A stretch of 64,000 nucleotides of DNA, taken from contig CAZFGQ010000008.1 in assembly GCA_964518675.1 (NCBI GenBank), positions 2,365 through 66,364 on the forward strand, read 5' to 3'. Numbering within the stretch: the stretch's first letter is position 1; each line of letters begins with the position of its first letter. A program made the position numbers and the translations under genes. Below are positions 30,416-38,564 of the stretch, one piece after another. Origin of the DNA: an uncultured Spirochaetota bacterium (GTDB taxonomy: Bacteria > Spirochaetota > B62-G9 > CAZFGQ01). The notes beneath the pieces were generated by a model. That model did not search any database, was not told the origin of the DNA, and saw only the letters and a list, made by a program, of their open reading frames with translations.

Positions 30416-31897
30416 TTAACCTTTCATTACACCCATTGGTATCAATTTAGCAACACGTCCTGCAAGATCATTTTCTTCCACAATTTTTACAATTTCGTCA
30501 ACATCTTTATATGCCTCTGGCATCTCTTCTTTCAACGTTTTTTTAGAAACTGATAGTACAAGTATACCTTTCTTTTCAAGTTCACCCGCTATATCTCTGC
30601 TTTTCGCCCTCTTAACGGCCTGCCTTCTACTTAGTGCTCTTCCCGCACCGTGACAGGTGGTTCCAAAGCTCTTTTCCATACTACCGCTTAAACCCCTTAA
30701 GATATACGATGACCTTCCCATGTCACCCGGTATCAGCACTGGTTGACCTATCCCACTATATTCAGGTGGTATGTCTGGACTCCCAGCAGGAAACGAACGT
30801 GTAGCTCCCTTTCTATGAACACAAACCTTTTCCTTTCGGCCATTAATGTCGTGTTCTTCTATACGGGCAATGTTATGGCTAACATCGTAGAGAATTCTCA
30901 TACCCATTTCTGAGGGAGAAAGTTTGAATACATTTCTGAAACTATCCCTGACCATCTGGGTTATTATCTGCCTGTTTGCCCATGCATAATTGGCCGCCCC
31001 TTTCATTGCACTGAGGTATGCTTTACCGAGGGGGTCGCTGATGTAAATCGATACCAGCTGTGGGTCCGGAAGCTCAAACATCCTCTTTTCTCTCAATTTT
31101 CTCAGGTAATCGTCACATATCTGATATCCAAATCCCCTTGAACCTGTATGGAACATAATAATTACCTGATCCTGGAAGATTCCAAATACCTCCGCAGCCC
31201 CAGGGTTAAAGATCTGGCTCACATAGCTTATTTCAAGAAAGTGATTTCCAGCACCAAGGGTGCCCAATTGATCTTTGCCTCTTTCCCTGGCCTCATTTGA
31301 AATATCAGCAAAATCGGCACCGCCCAGGCATCCCTTATTTTCACAATAGATAAGGTCTTCTTCATCTCCATAACCCTTTTCAACTGCCCATTCTGCTCCT
31401 TTTTCCACAACCCTCTTATGCTCCTTCTTGTTCAAATTTATGATCCCGGTTGATCCCACACCAGCAGGAACAGTGCGATAAATCTCCATCAGTACTTTCT
31501 CAAGATGTTTTTTAAACTCTTCTCTTGTAAAGTTTGTAAGTATAGCCCTGACCCCGCAATTTATATCGTATCCAACACCTCCCGGAGAAACAACCCCGTT
31601 ATCAACAGAGGTTGCCGCGACACCACCTATGGGAAAACCATACCCATAATGTATATCGGGCATTCCAATGGCCCACTTTTTTATTCCAGGCAAACACGCG
31701 ACATTCCTCAACTGTACCAGCGATTCCTGTGTTTCGCTGCTGGATGCCATTCTCTCATCTATAAAAACCCTTGCGGGAACCCTCATCTTCTCCTTTTTTG
31801 GTATTTCAAAAAGCGATTCCCCTATTTTTTTTAATTCAATCGTTTCCACTGCCATTTTCCTCACCTCCCCACTTATCGTTCTGACCAAAAAGCTCAA
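30416..31897 (-). CDS. rtcB: RNA 3'-phosphate/2',3'-cyclic phosphate ligase RtcB
   Basis: 493 aa with RtcB metal-binding histidines and Cys; …GAGNHFLEI…, …HNIARIEEH…. Confidence 0.9.
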   Translation of the reverse strand: MSFLVRTISGEVRKMAVETIELKKIGESLFEIPKKEKMRVPARVFIDERMASSSETQESLVQLRNVACLPGIKKWAIGMPDIHYGYGFPIGGVAATSVDNGVVSPGGVGYDINCGVRAILTNFTREEFKKHLEKVLMEIYRTVPAGVGSTGIINLNKKEHKRVVEKGAEWAVEKGYGDEEDLIYCENKGCLGGADFADISNEARERGKDQLGTLGAGNHFLEISYVSQIFNPGAAEVFGIFQDQVIIMFHTGSRGFGYQICDDYLRKLREKRMFELPDPQLVSIYISDPLGKAYLSAMKGAANYAWANRQIITQMVRDSFRNVFKLSPSEMGMRILYDVSHNIARIEEHDINGRKEKVCVHRKGATRSFPAGSPDIPPEYSGIGQPVLIPGDMGRSSYILRGLSGSMEKSFGTTCHGAGRALSRRQAVKRAKSRDIAGELEKKGILVLSVSKKTLKEEMPEAYKDVDEIVKIVEENDLAGRVAKLIPMGVMKG

Positions 31898-31915
31898 ATT
31901 TCAATACCATACACC

Positions 31916-32344
31916 TCAAATATCAAATATTATCGTAACCCTGTAAATATTTTTCTCCTCATTAACCTTTAAATTATGATACGTGGCAGCCTTTATCTCT
32001 CTTTTCAACAATGAGGGTTCGTTAATCATTTCAATCAGAAATCTGTACGTATTTTTCTTCTCTTTGATATATAGCGAAATCGGAACAAGTTTCTTTGTAT
32101 CCACTAAAAATATAATTCTATTTAAAAGATCAAGGATAACATTTTCCCAAGAATCTTTCTTAACAATCATCTTCTCTTTGATTCCCTTTCTTTTCCCAAT
32201 TCTGGCTTTAATCTCTTCGGGAGGCAACTCTGTAAGTATATTAATCAATGCATTTACAGTCTCACTGAAAAGCTCAACAATACTATTGGCCTCAACCTCC
32301 ACACCAATATCGGCTGTGTGGTCGATAAATTTGTAGCTTCCCAT
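31916..32344 (-). CDS. archease (RtcB activator)
   Basis: The N-terminal FIDHTADIGVEV signature is characteristic of archease. It lies immediately upstream of rtcB. Confidence 0.8.
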   Translation of the reverse strand: MGSYKFIDHTADIGVEVEANSIVELFSETVNALINILTELPPEEIKARIGKRKGIKEKMIVKKDSWENVILDLLNRIIFLVDTKKLVPISLYIKEKKNTYRFLIEMINEPSLLKREIKAATYHNLKVNEEKNIYRVTIIFDI

Positions 32345-32424
32345 TTCAGTACCTTTAATCTTCTTGTGACGATCTTATAAATTAAAAAACTATAATAATA
32401 TCTTTTAAAACTCTTTCTGTTGCA

Positions 32425-33189
32425 TCATACAAGGGTCAATATCTCGGCTTCTCCATCGAGCACAAGCACCGTATGTTCAAAATGTGCGGATTTTTTTCCA
32501 TCCACAGTCACAACAGTCCAGTTATCATCCTTAACCATAACATCAGGCTTACCAGCATTCACCATCGGTTCAATTGCAATTGTCATTCCGGAAAGAAGTT
32601 TTGAACCTCTTCCCGCAGTTTTAAAGTTCGGTATTGGTGGCTCCTCGTGCAACTTTTTCCCGACACCATGACCCACAAAATCCCTCACAACTGAAAATCC
32701 GTTACTCTCTACAAAACTTTGAATTGCTATTGAAATATCCGAAACATGGTTTCCATGAATCGCATTTTTAATTCCCCGATACAGAGCCTCTTCTGTTACC
32801 CTCAGGAGCTTTTCATCCTCAGAAGAGATCCGCCCAATTGGAACAGTAATCGCAGCATCCCCATAATAGCCTTCCTTCTGTACGCCCACATCAATACTGA
32901 GAATATCTCCTTCCTTCAACCTGTAACTACCAGGTATACCGTGAATAACTTCTTCATTTACAGAGGTGCATATTGAGGCAGGAAATCCATTGTAATTTTT
33001 AAAGGCAGGATATGCTCCCCTTTTCCTTATAAACTCTTCTGCCTTTTTATCCAGCCAGCCTGTAGTTATACCAGGTTTTATTATTTCTCTTAGATAGAGC
33101 AGCAATTCACCAACTATTCTTGAAGCTTGTCTTATATATTCAATCTCTGTATTATTCTTTAATTCCTGCATCCTCTTTTTCTTTCTCAA
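32425..33189 (-). CDS. map: methionine aminopeptidase type I
   Basis: Metal ligands D/D/H/E/E in pita-bread fold motifs (…GHGVG…, …TIAIEPM…). The start may be at an internal Met (about 33171) to limit overlap with the upstream gene. Confidence 0.9.
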   Translation of the reverse strand: MRKKKRMQELKNNTEIEYIRQASRIVGELLLYLREIIKPGITTGWLDKKAEEFIRKRGAYPAFKNYNGFPASICTSVNEEVIHGIPGSYRLKEGDILSIDVGVQKEGYYGDAAITVPIGRISSEDEKLLRVTEEALYRGIKNAIHGNHVSDISIAIQSFVESNGFSVVRDFVGHGVGKKLHEEPPIPNFKTAGRGSKLLSGMTIAIEPMVNAGKPDVMVKDDNWTVVTVDGKKSAHFEHTVLVLDGEAEILTLV

Positions 33190-33619
33190 GTGTGTGAATT
33201 TCTGCTTCCATATGAAGCATATCCTCGAGTTTAGGTCCCGCCATGTAAGATTCCTCGACTATACTCTTGATATCTTTCTTCTGGCCGCCATTGACCGAAA
33301 TCTCTCCTTCTACAACCACTCCTCTTTCGAGATTAACAACAGGAGCCCTTATGTTGCCAAGCACCCTTCCAGTCGAGAGGAGTAAAACCTCCTCTTCAGC
33401 ATCAATATTTCCGATTACAGTACCACCAACTACAACTCTCTTTGCCACAATGTCAGTTTTAACCTTACCGGTCTCCCCCACAATGAGTTCATCCTCAGTT
33501 CTAACCTCACCTTCAAACCTGCCATCAATCTGTATTGATCCGCTAATATAAAACTTACCCTCAAAGATAGAACCTTCTCCAATCATACTGTTAAGTCTGG
33601 GTTCTGTTTTTGGAGCCAT
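33152..33619 (-). CDS. bactofilin (DUF583 beta-helical cytoskeletal protein)
   Basis: Repetitive beta-helix segments (G.I.G..G..I.G). Confidence 0.75.
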   Translation of the reverse strand: MAPKTEPRLNSMIGEGSIFEGKFYISGSIQIDGRFEGEVRTEDELIVGETGKVKTDIVAKRVVVGGTVIGNIDAEEEVLLLSTGRVLGNIRAPVVNLERGVVVEGEISVNGGQKKDIKSIVEESYMAGPKLEDMLHMEAEIHTLEKEKEDAGIKE

Positions 33620-33824
33620 TACAACCTCCAGTTCCAGTTTGATTATTATTGGTAATTATGATTCTCTGTACCAGGTCTAATTTATACCTGGTGCTACACG
33701 CCGAAACATCCACCAGTTCAAAAATATAACACATTCCACTACAAACAGGGGAATATTTTATACAGAAATCATCACAGTAAATACAGAATTATATCTATTA
33801 AAATATAAGAAATTTATGGAGACG

Positions 33825-35024
33825 TTAAAGAGGATTTTTCTTTTTCGCCAGATCCTCAATCCAGTTCATATCCTCTTCGTTTATTTCTTTAAACTTACAA
33901 CCGTAGAGAAGATTTGCCTGGTCAATCCTAAAAATCTCAGCCATAACTTCAATATACCTCGAAGGAAATTTTATGGAGGCCTGGATGAAGGTCCCCACGG
34001 TGAGGTACCTTTTTAGCTGGGGTTTAGTTAATTTGAATAGCATACCACCAGCGCTGATATCAACAAGCGGGATATCGTAATCCGTCCCGCTCTCCAGCCT
34101 GAAATAATCATATTTAACTAGAGCCTCGACTAGAAGAGTAGCATAATCCAGAACCCTCAGAGCCTGGAGAGGTTTGATATTTCTGTGGTATTCCATGTCA
34201 TTCTGAAGTCTTATATAACCAACAACTTCTCCCTCAAGTAAAAGCGGAACAAAACATTCTGAGTATATTTTATTGTCCCTTTTCTCCTGAAGCAAATCGA
34301 GTAGCTTATCCTCAGCCTCTTTTCGTGACATACCCTTTGAAATCAGGTATTCAAAAGCTCTTCCAATAGTCAGGATTTTCTCCTCAAAAAATCTCCTTTC
34401 TGTTATTGCATCCTCATAAGAATCATAGATCAAAAATATCTTTCCGCTGTCTTTAACAAGTTCTTCTTCAAAGTTTAATTTTTCATTCGACTTGAAAACC
34501 TTGACCTGAAATTTCTGCGAAAATTCAGAAACCAGATTCTTGATACCACTCAGCACCTTATCAATTGCAGGTTTCGGCTTTTTTACCTCCTGTAGAATTA
34601 CTCTTTCATCAATTCTTGAGGCATCAAGGGATATCGATCTTTCTGCCTTAACAATTATTTTAAACCTCATATATACTTTTTCGTATACACGAATTCTTTT
34701 ATGCTTTCTGAGAATGTTTTTACTTATCTTCTCGGGAACTATAATTAGAACCTTTGATGAGTCCAGCATAGTTGCCGGGCCCGTAAAGTAATGGTAATTA
34801 TTATTGAAAGCGAAGTTAACCCTCACCTCCTGATCAATCTCATTTATTAGCGGAGTCTCAAGTTTGACAATAATTCCATCATTTGTCAATTTTTCAACAG
34901 TACCCCTGTACTCGACACCCCCTGAAATAATATTTATCGGAATATTGAGTTTCTTAAGGTTCTGGAAAATAAGATTTTTTTCCAATTCGCTCGTAACATA
35001 CATTTTTTCAGGCATTAAAGCCAT
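33825..35024 (-). CDS. PilZ-domain protein (YcgR-like N-domain + C-terminal PilZ), putative cyclic-dinucleotide receptor
   Basis: C-terminal PilZ-like DISAGGMLF motif. It is immediately downstream of and co-oriented with the cyclase-HD-GYP gene. Confidence 0.5.
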   Translation of the reverse strand: MALMPEKMYVTSELEKNLIFQNLKKLNIPINIISGGVEYRGTVEKLTNDGIIVKLETPLINEIDQEVRVNFAFNNNYHYFTGPATMLDSSKVLIIVPEKISKNILRKHKRIRVYEKVYMRFKIIVKAERSISLDASRIDERVILQEVKKPKPAIDKVLSGIKNLVSEFSQKFQVKVFKSNEKLNFEEELVKDSGKIFLIYDSYEDAITERRFFEEKILTIGRAFEYLISKGMSRKEAEDKLLDLLQEKRDNKIYSECFVPLLLEGEVVGYIRLQNDMEYHRNIKPLQALRVLDYATLLVEALVKYDYFRLESGTDYDIPLVDISAGGMLFKLTKPQLKRYLTVGTFIQASIKFPSRYIEVMAEIFRIDQANLLYGCKFKEINEEDMNWIEDLAKKKNPL

Positions 35025-35025
35025 T

Positions 35026-37260
35026 TTAACCCATAACCCTCTCTTTCTCTTTTTTCCTTTCTTTCAAAATCTCAATATAAACATCAACAATTTTTGGATC
35101 AAAATACTTGCCTTTACCCTCCTCAAGAATTCTCATGGCTTCTTCTTCTCTAAAGGCCTCCCTAAATGGCCTATCAGATACCAGTGCATGGTAACTATCA
35201 ATCACCCTAATAATCCTGGCCCAGAGTGGAATTTCTTCCCCCTTAAGACCATCAGGATAACCACTCCCATCCCAGTTTTCATGATGATGCTTTATTAAAT
35301 CCACTCCCTCCTTAAACAGATGAAGCTTTTTCTCAACATATTCCGCACCTCTTATCACATGACTCTTAATGATCTCAAACTCTTCAGGGGTAATCTCGCC
35401 CTTTTTGTTAAAAATCTTCTCATCCAGCCCAATTCTTCCCACATCTATAAGAAGTGCTGCAGAGCGGAATTTTATCAGCTCATCTTTTGAAAAGCCCAAT
35501 ACCTTCCCAACAAGTTCAGCATCTCTGGCTATATTTAGAAAGTGCCCACTTATATAAGGAAAAGCCCTTTCAACAGCATCGATATATCTTGCAGCTATCA
35601 AATCAACCACTTCATACACCTCAATGGGCTTCTCCTTTCCCTTTACCCTGATTGTTCCAACGATATTAGCATCAACAAGATACCTGACTTCATCATAAAC
35701 ATTTCTCGTAACAAGGATCTGCCCTGCTTTGGCTATTTCTTCAAGCCTTGCAGCAGTATTAACGGTATCGCCTATAACAGTATAATCCATTCTATCAACA
35801 GAACCCATGTTACCCGCTATTGCCTCACCACAGTTTATTCCTATTCCTATGCCCACAGCCGGTAAACCCTCAGCTTCTCTTTTCGCATTTAACTTTGCAA
35901 TAAACTTTTGCATTTCAATTGCCGCTACCACTGCTCTTTCAGTGTCATTGTAATGGGAAACAGGAGCTCCAAAAACAGCCATAACACAATCGCCAATATA
36001 TTTATCAAGCGTCCCTTCATACTTGAACACAATTTCCGTCATCTCTGTGAGATAGGTATTGAGGAGATTCACAACCTCCTCAGGACTCATCTTCTCAGCC
36101 ATTGAGGTAAAATCCCTGATATCTGCAAAAAGAACAGCAACATTCCTTTTTTCACCTCCGAGCTTTATCTGATCAAGATTGGAAAGAATTTCACTTGCAA
36201 GTTGATGGGATATATATCTCGTAAAAGCATGCCTGAGATTGTGAAGTTTTGTATTTTCAACCGCCATAACCATCTGATTGGCCAGAAGCTTTATTGACTC
36301 AAACACATCCTCATTAAAAGGTTGTTTATTAATTCTACTTGATAGTACAAGAATCCCAATCAGTGCATCTTTGGAGATGAGTGGCCAGAGAACCTCGGCC
36401 TCAAGTTTACCGAGAAGCTCTTTTTCTTCATCTGTTATATTCTCAAGTATGTTCTCAACGAGAATCGGGTTTTTATTCTTTATTAACTCCTTTACTATAT
36501 TTGATTTTGAACTGAGCACGATATTCTGTATCCGCTTTTTATCAAGTCCCCTGCACGCGACTACTGCATATTGAGTATTATTCTCGTTGGTGGAGAGGAG
36601 TATCACAGAAGACCTGCTTAAAGTCCTTCCCATCACATTGAGAAGAAAACTCCCCAGAAAATCCTCTTTATTTAAAGAGGTCAGATCCTCTCCTATTCCG
36701 GTTAACTCCTTAAGTTCCAGTGTTTTTCTTTTTAGTTCTCTCTCTGATGAAACTGCCATATTCTCCATGTAAAGAAGGTACATAATCCTCATTTCCGCCA
36801 TACTGCAAATGGTACATATAAAATCTATTTCCTCCCTCTCTATCTGTTCAAGAATCTTACTTCCCCATATCACAGAAAGATGAGTGACAGCCTTACCTTT
36901 CTTCTTTGGAATTACCAAAAAAGAAGATTTTAAATCAACTCTCTCGTTAAGTATTTTTTCTAGGATAAATTGAAACCCTCTATGATCTATTACTGTCCAT
37001 TCAAGTTTATTTATTTCATCCAGGAACTTCTCCTGAAGGAGAAATGGAAGAATATTTTTTACCTCTCTATCCACAACCCTTGACTCGTAAATCTTGTTTG
37101 ATCCCCGGTCGACAAAAGCATACCAGAGATTTTCAGAAAAAGCCTTTGAGAGCTGTGTGGAAATAAACCCGGGTATCTTATCAAATCGATTTATATTAAT
37201 CAATTCCCTCGAAACTTTATCTGATATGGCAAGAAGCATTTTTAACCGTTCCTCATTCAT
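35026..37260 (-). CDS. GAF-GAF-class III nucleotidyl cyclase (CHD)-HD-GYP multidomain signalling protein; HD motif degenerate
   Basis: CHD motifs FADIRDFT, YIGDCVMAVFG and GDTVNTAARLE. The C-terminal HD-GYP has HHHENWDGSGYPDG, but the HD dyad reads ALLIDVGRIG where the canonical form is ALLHDIGKI. Confidence 0.8.
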   Translation of the reverse strand: MNEERLKMLLAISDKVSRELININRFDKIPGFISTQLSKAFSENLWYAFVDRGSNKIYESRVVDREVKNILPFLLQEKFLDEINKLEWTVIDHRGFQFILEKILNERVDLKSSFLVIPKKKGKAVTHLSVIWGSKILEQIEREEIDFICTICSMAEMRIMYLLYMENMAVSSERELKRKTLELKELTGIGEDLTSLNKEDFLGSFLLNVMGRTLSRSSVILLSTNENNTQYAVVACRGLDKKRIQNIVLSSKSNIVKELIKNKNPILVENILENITDEEKELLGKLEAEVLWPLISKDALIGILVLSSRINKQPFNEDVFESIKLLANQMVMAVENTKLHNLRHAFTRYISHQLASEILSNLDQIKLGGEKRNVAVLFADIRDFTSMAEKMSPEEVVNLLNTYLTEMTEIVFKYEGTLDKYIGDCVMAVFGAPVSHYNDTERAVVAAIEMQKFIAKLNAKREAEGLPAVGIGIGINCGEAIAGNMGSVDRMDYTVIGDTVNTAARLEEIAKAGQILVTRNVYDEVRYLVDANIVGTIRVKGKEKPIEVYEVVDLIAARYIDAVERAFPYISGHFLNIARDAELVGKVLGFSKDELIKFRSAALLIDVGRIGLDEKIFNKKGEITPEEFEIIKSHVIRGAEYVEKKLHLFKEGVDLIKHHHENWDGSGYPDGLKGEEIPLWARIIRVIDSYHALVSDRPFREAFREEEAMRILEEGKGKYFDPKIVDVYIEILKERKKEKERVMG

Positions 37261-37473
37261 CGATCTAGACCCGCTACCTATCTTTATTTTTAGAATAAAA
37301 CTCTATATTATTTACAGTAAAAGAGAGCTTTAATCGGCCAATGCTGAACCAAAAGTTTCCAAAACACAGGGTGAGGATAAATACCGTTTCACTCGATTTA
37401 TAAATATTTGATCTCAATCCTTCTCAATCTTCCCTACATAAAAATCTTTTGAAATAAGGCAGGCCTTTACAGA

Positions 37474-37521
37474 TTATCCTTTTCCTTTCATTGCAATTTA
37501 TCCTTTTCCTTTCATTGCAAT
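37474..37521. repeat. perfect 24-bp tandem duplication (x2) of the last 7 codons plus stop of the STAS gene
   Basis: ttatccttttcctttcattgcaat is repeated twice head-to-tail. Its reverse complement encodes IAMKGKG*. The second unit is the real gene end and the first lies in the 3' UTR. Confidence 0.9.
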
Positions 37522-38208
37522 CTCAAATCTCTTCTGTTTATCAAGTAGCCCCATAGATCTTAATTCTCTTTTAACGCTTCCCGTGCTTGCCTTTTTCCCA
37601 CCATATTGGGGCAGCCGCAACGCTTTGGCAATCTCCTTTACCTCAAAATAGGGATTATCAATAATGACATTGAGTATTCTTCTGCCAAGCTCACTGGTGG
37701 CCATGGAAAATACATCCTCTGCGGATTGTTCAGGTTTCTTTTGCTCAACAGTTTCTGGATTTCTAGATTGTGTGCCTGAGCCAACAGCCGTACTTGCAGG
37801 TTCAGGTATTTTCCGTGTTTTTTCAGAGGATGTTTTTACCGGAACCTCCTCTCCGGTAAAATATGAAATCGCTTCTTCAACACTATCAAAAGATTTCAGA
37901 ATGCTTGAAAACTCCATCAATTCATATACATCATATACATCAGGAGACATATTCGCCAGTACCAGATCGCCGTTGTTCTCCCTGATCTCTCTGATCTCAC
38001 TAACAAAAACGCCCCAACCGGCACTACTCACATAGTCAATATTTTTAAGGTCTACAATAATCTTGTATTTGTTTAGTGCCAGTTGCTCCTCTAGCTTCTT
38101 CTCCAGCTCCGGTGCCGTTGTTGTATCTATGAAACCCTTTGCAGATATGATGGCTATGCTATTATCCCCACCTGCATAGCTCACATTAACCTGGATATCA
38201 GCCATCAA
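37498..38208 (-). CDS. STAS-domain anti-sigma-factor antagonist (SpoIIAA/RsbV-like) with C-terminal winged-helix-like extension
   Basis: STAS fold with a phosphorylatable Ser region (…DYVSSAGWGVFV…). A disordered linker is followed by a ~50-aa C-terminal module homologous to the C-terminus of the adjacent kinase-phosphatase. Confidence 0.7.
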   Translation of the reverse strand: MMADIQVNVSYAGGDNSIAIISAKGFIDTTTAPELEKKLEEQLALNKYKIIVDLKNIDYVSSAGWGVFVSEIREIRENNGDLVLANMSPDVYDVYELMEFSSILKSFDSVEEAISYFTGEEVPVKTSSEKTRKIPEPASTAVGSGTQSRNPETVEQKKPEQSAEDVFSMATSELGRRILNVIIDNPYFEVKEIAKALRLPQYGGKKASTGSVKRELRSMGLLDKQKRFEIAMKGKG

Positions 38209-38356
38209 AACCTCCTGAACTTTTTACATATTTAAAACAGTTTTCTTTAAACAACTTGTTCTAATGAATTGTTTATCGCAATTATAAAATTTTTCAAGAA
38301 AAATCGATTCTTATTTTAATAAAGAATTAAAATGGATCATAATCAAGAAAATAATC

Positions 38357-38530
38357 GATATTAGAACAAATGTCGAGTTTTCTGAAAAATAGAAATCTTA
38401 ATGCAAAATAAAACCAAAAATGTTGCAGCGCCGGCGAACTTCTAACAATTTATATTTATATCCGTTGATTTTTTTATTTTGTATTTATAATTTACGTCTC
38501 ATAATGAAAACTCGAAGTTCGCCCTATTAA
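38357..38530 (+). repeat. dispersed intergenic repeat, copy A (full length, about 175 bp)
   Basis: It aligns end-to-end with copy D at 62662-62838, with the core about 87% identical. It aligns in reverse complement with copies B and C. Shared blocks are aatgtcgagttttc, gaaaaatagaaatc..aatgcaaa, aaaaatgttgcag.gccggcgaacttcgaacaattta and the 3' ataatgaaaactcgaagttcgccc. Confidence 0.85.
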
Positions 38531-38564
38531 ACAGATTTTCTAATTTTACATTATAATATCTTAA

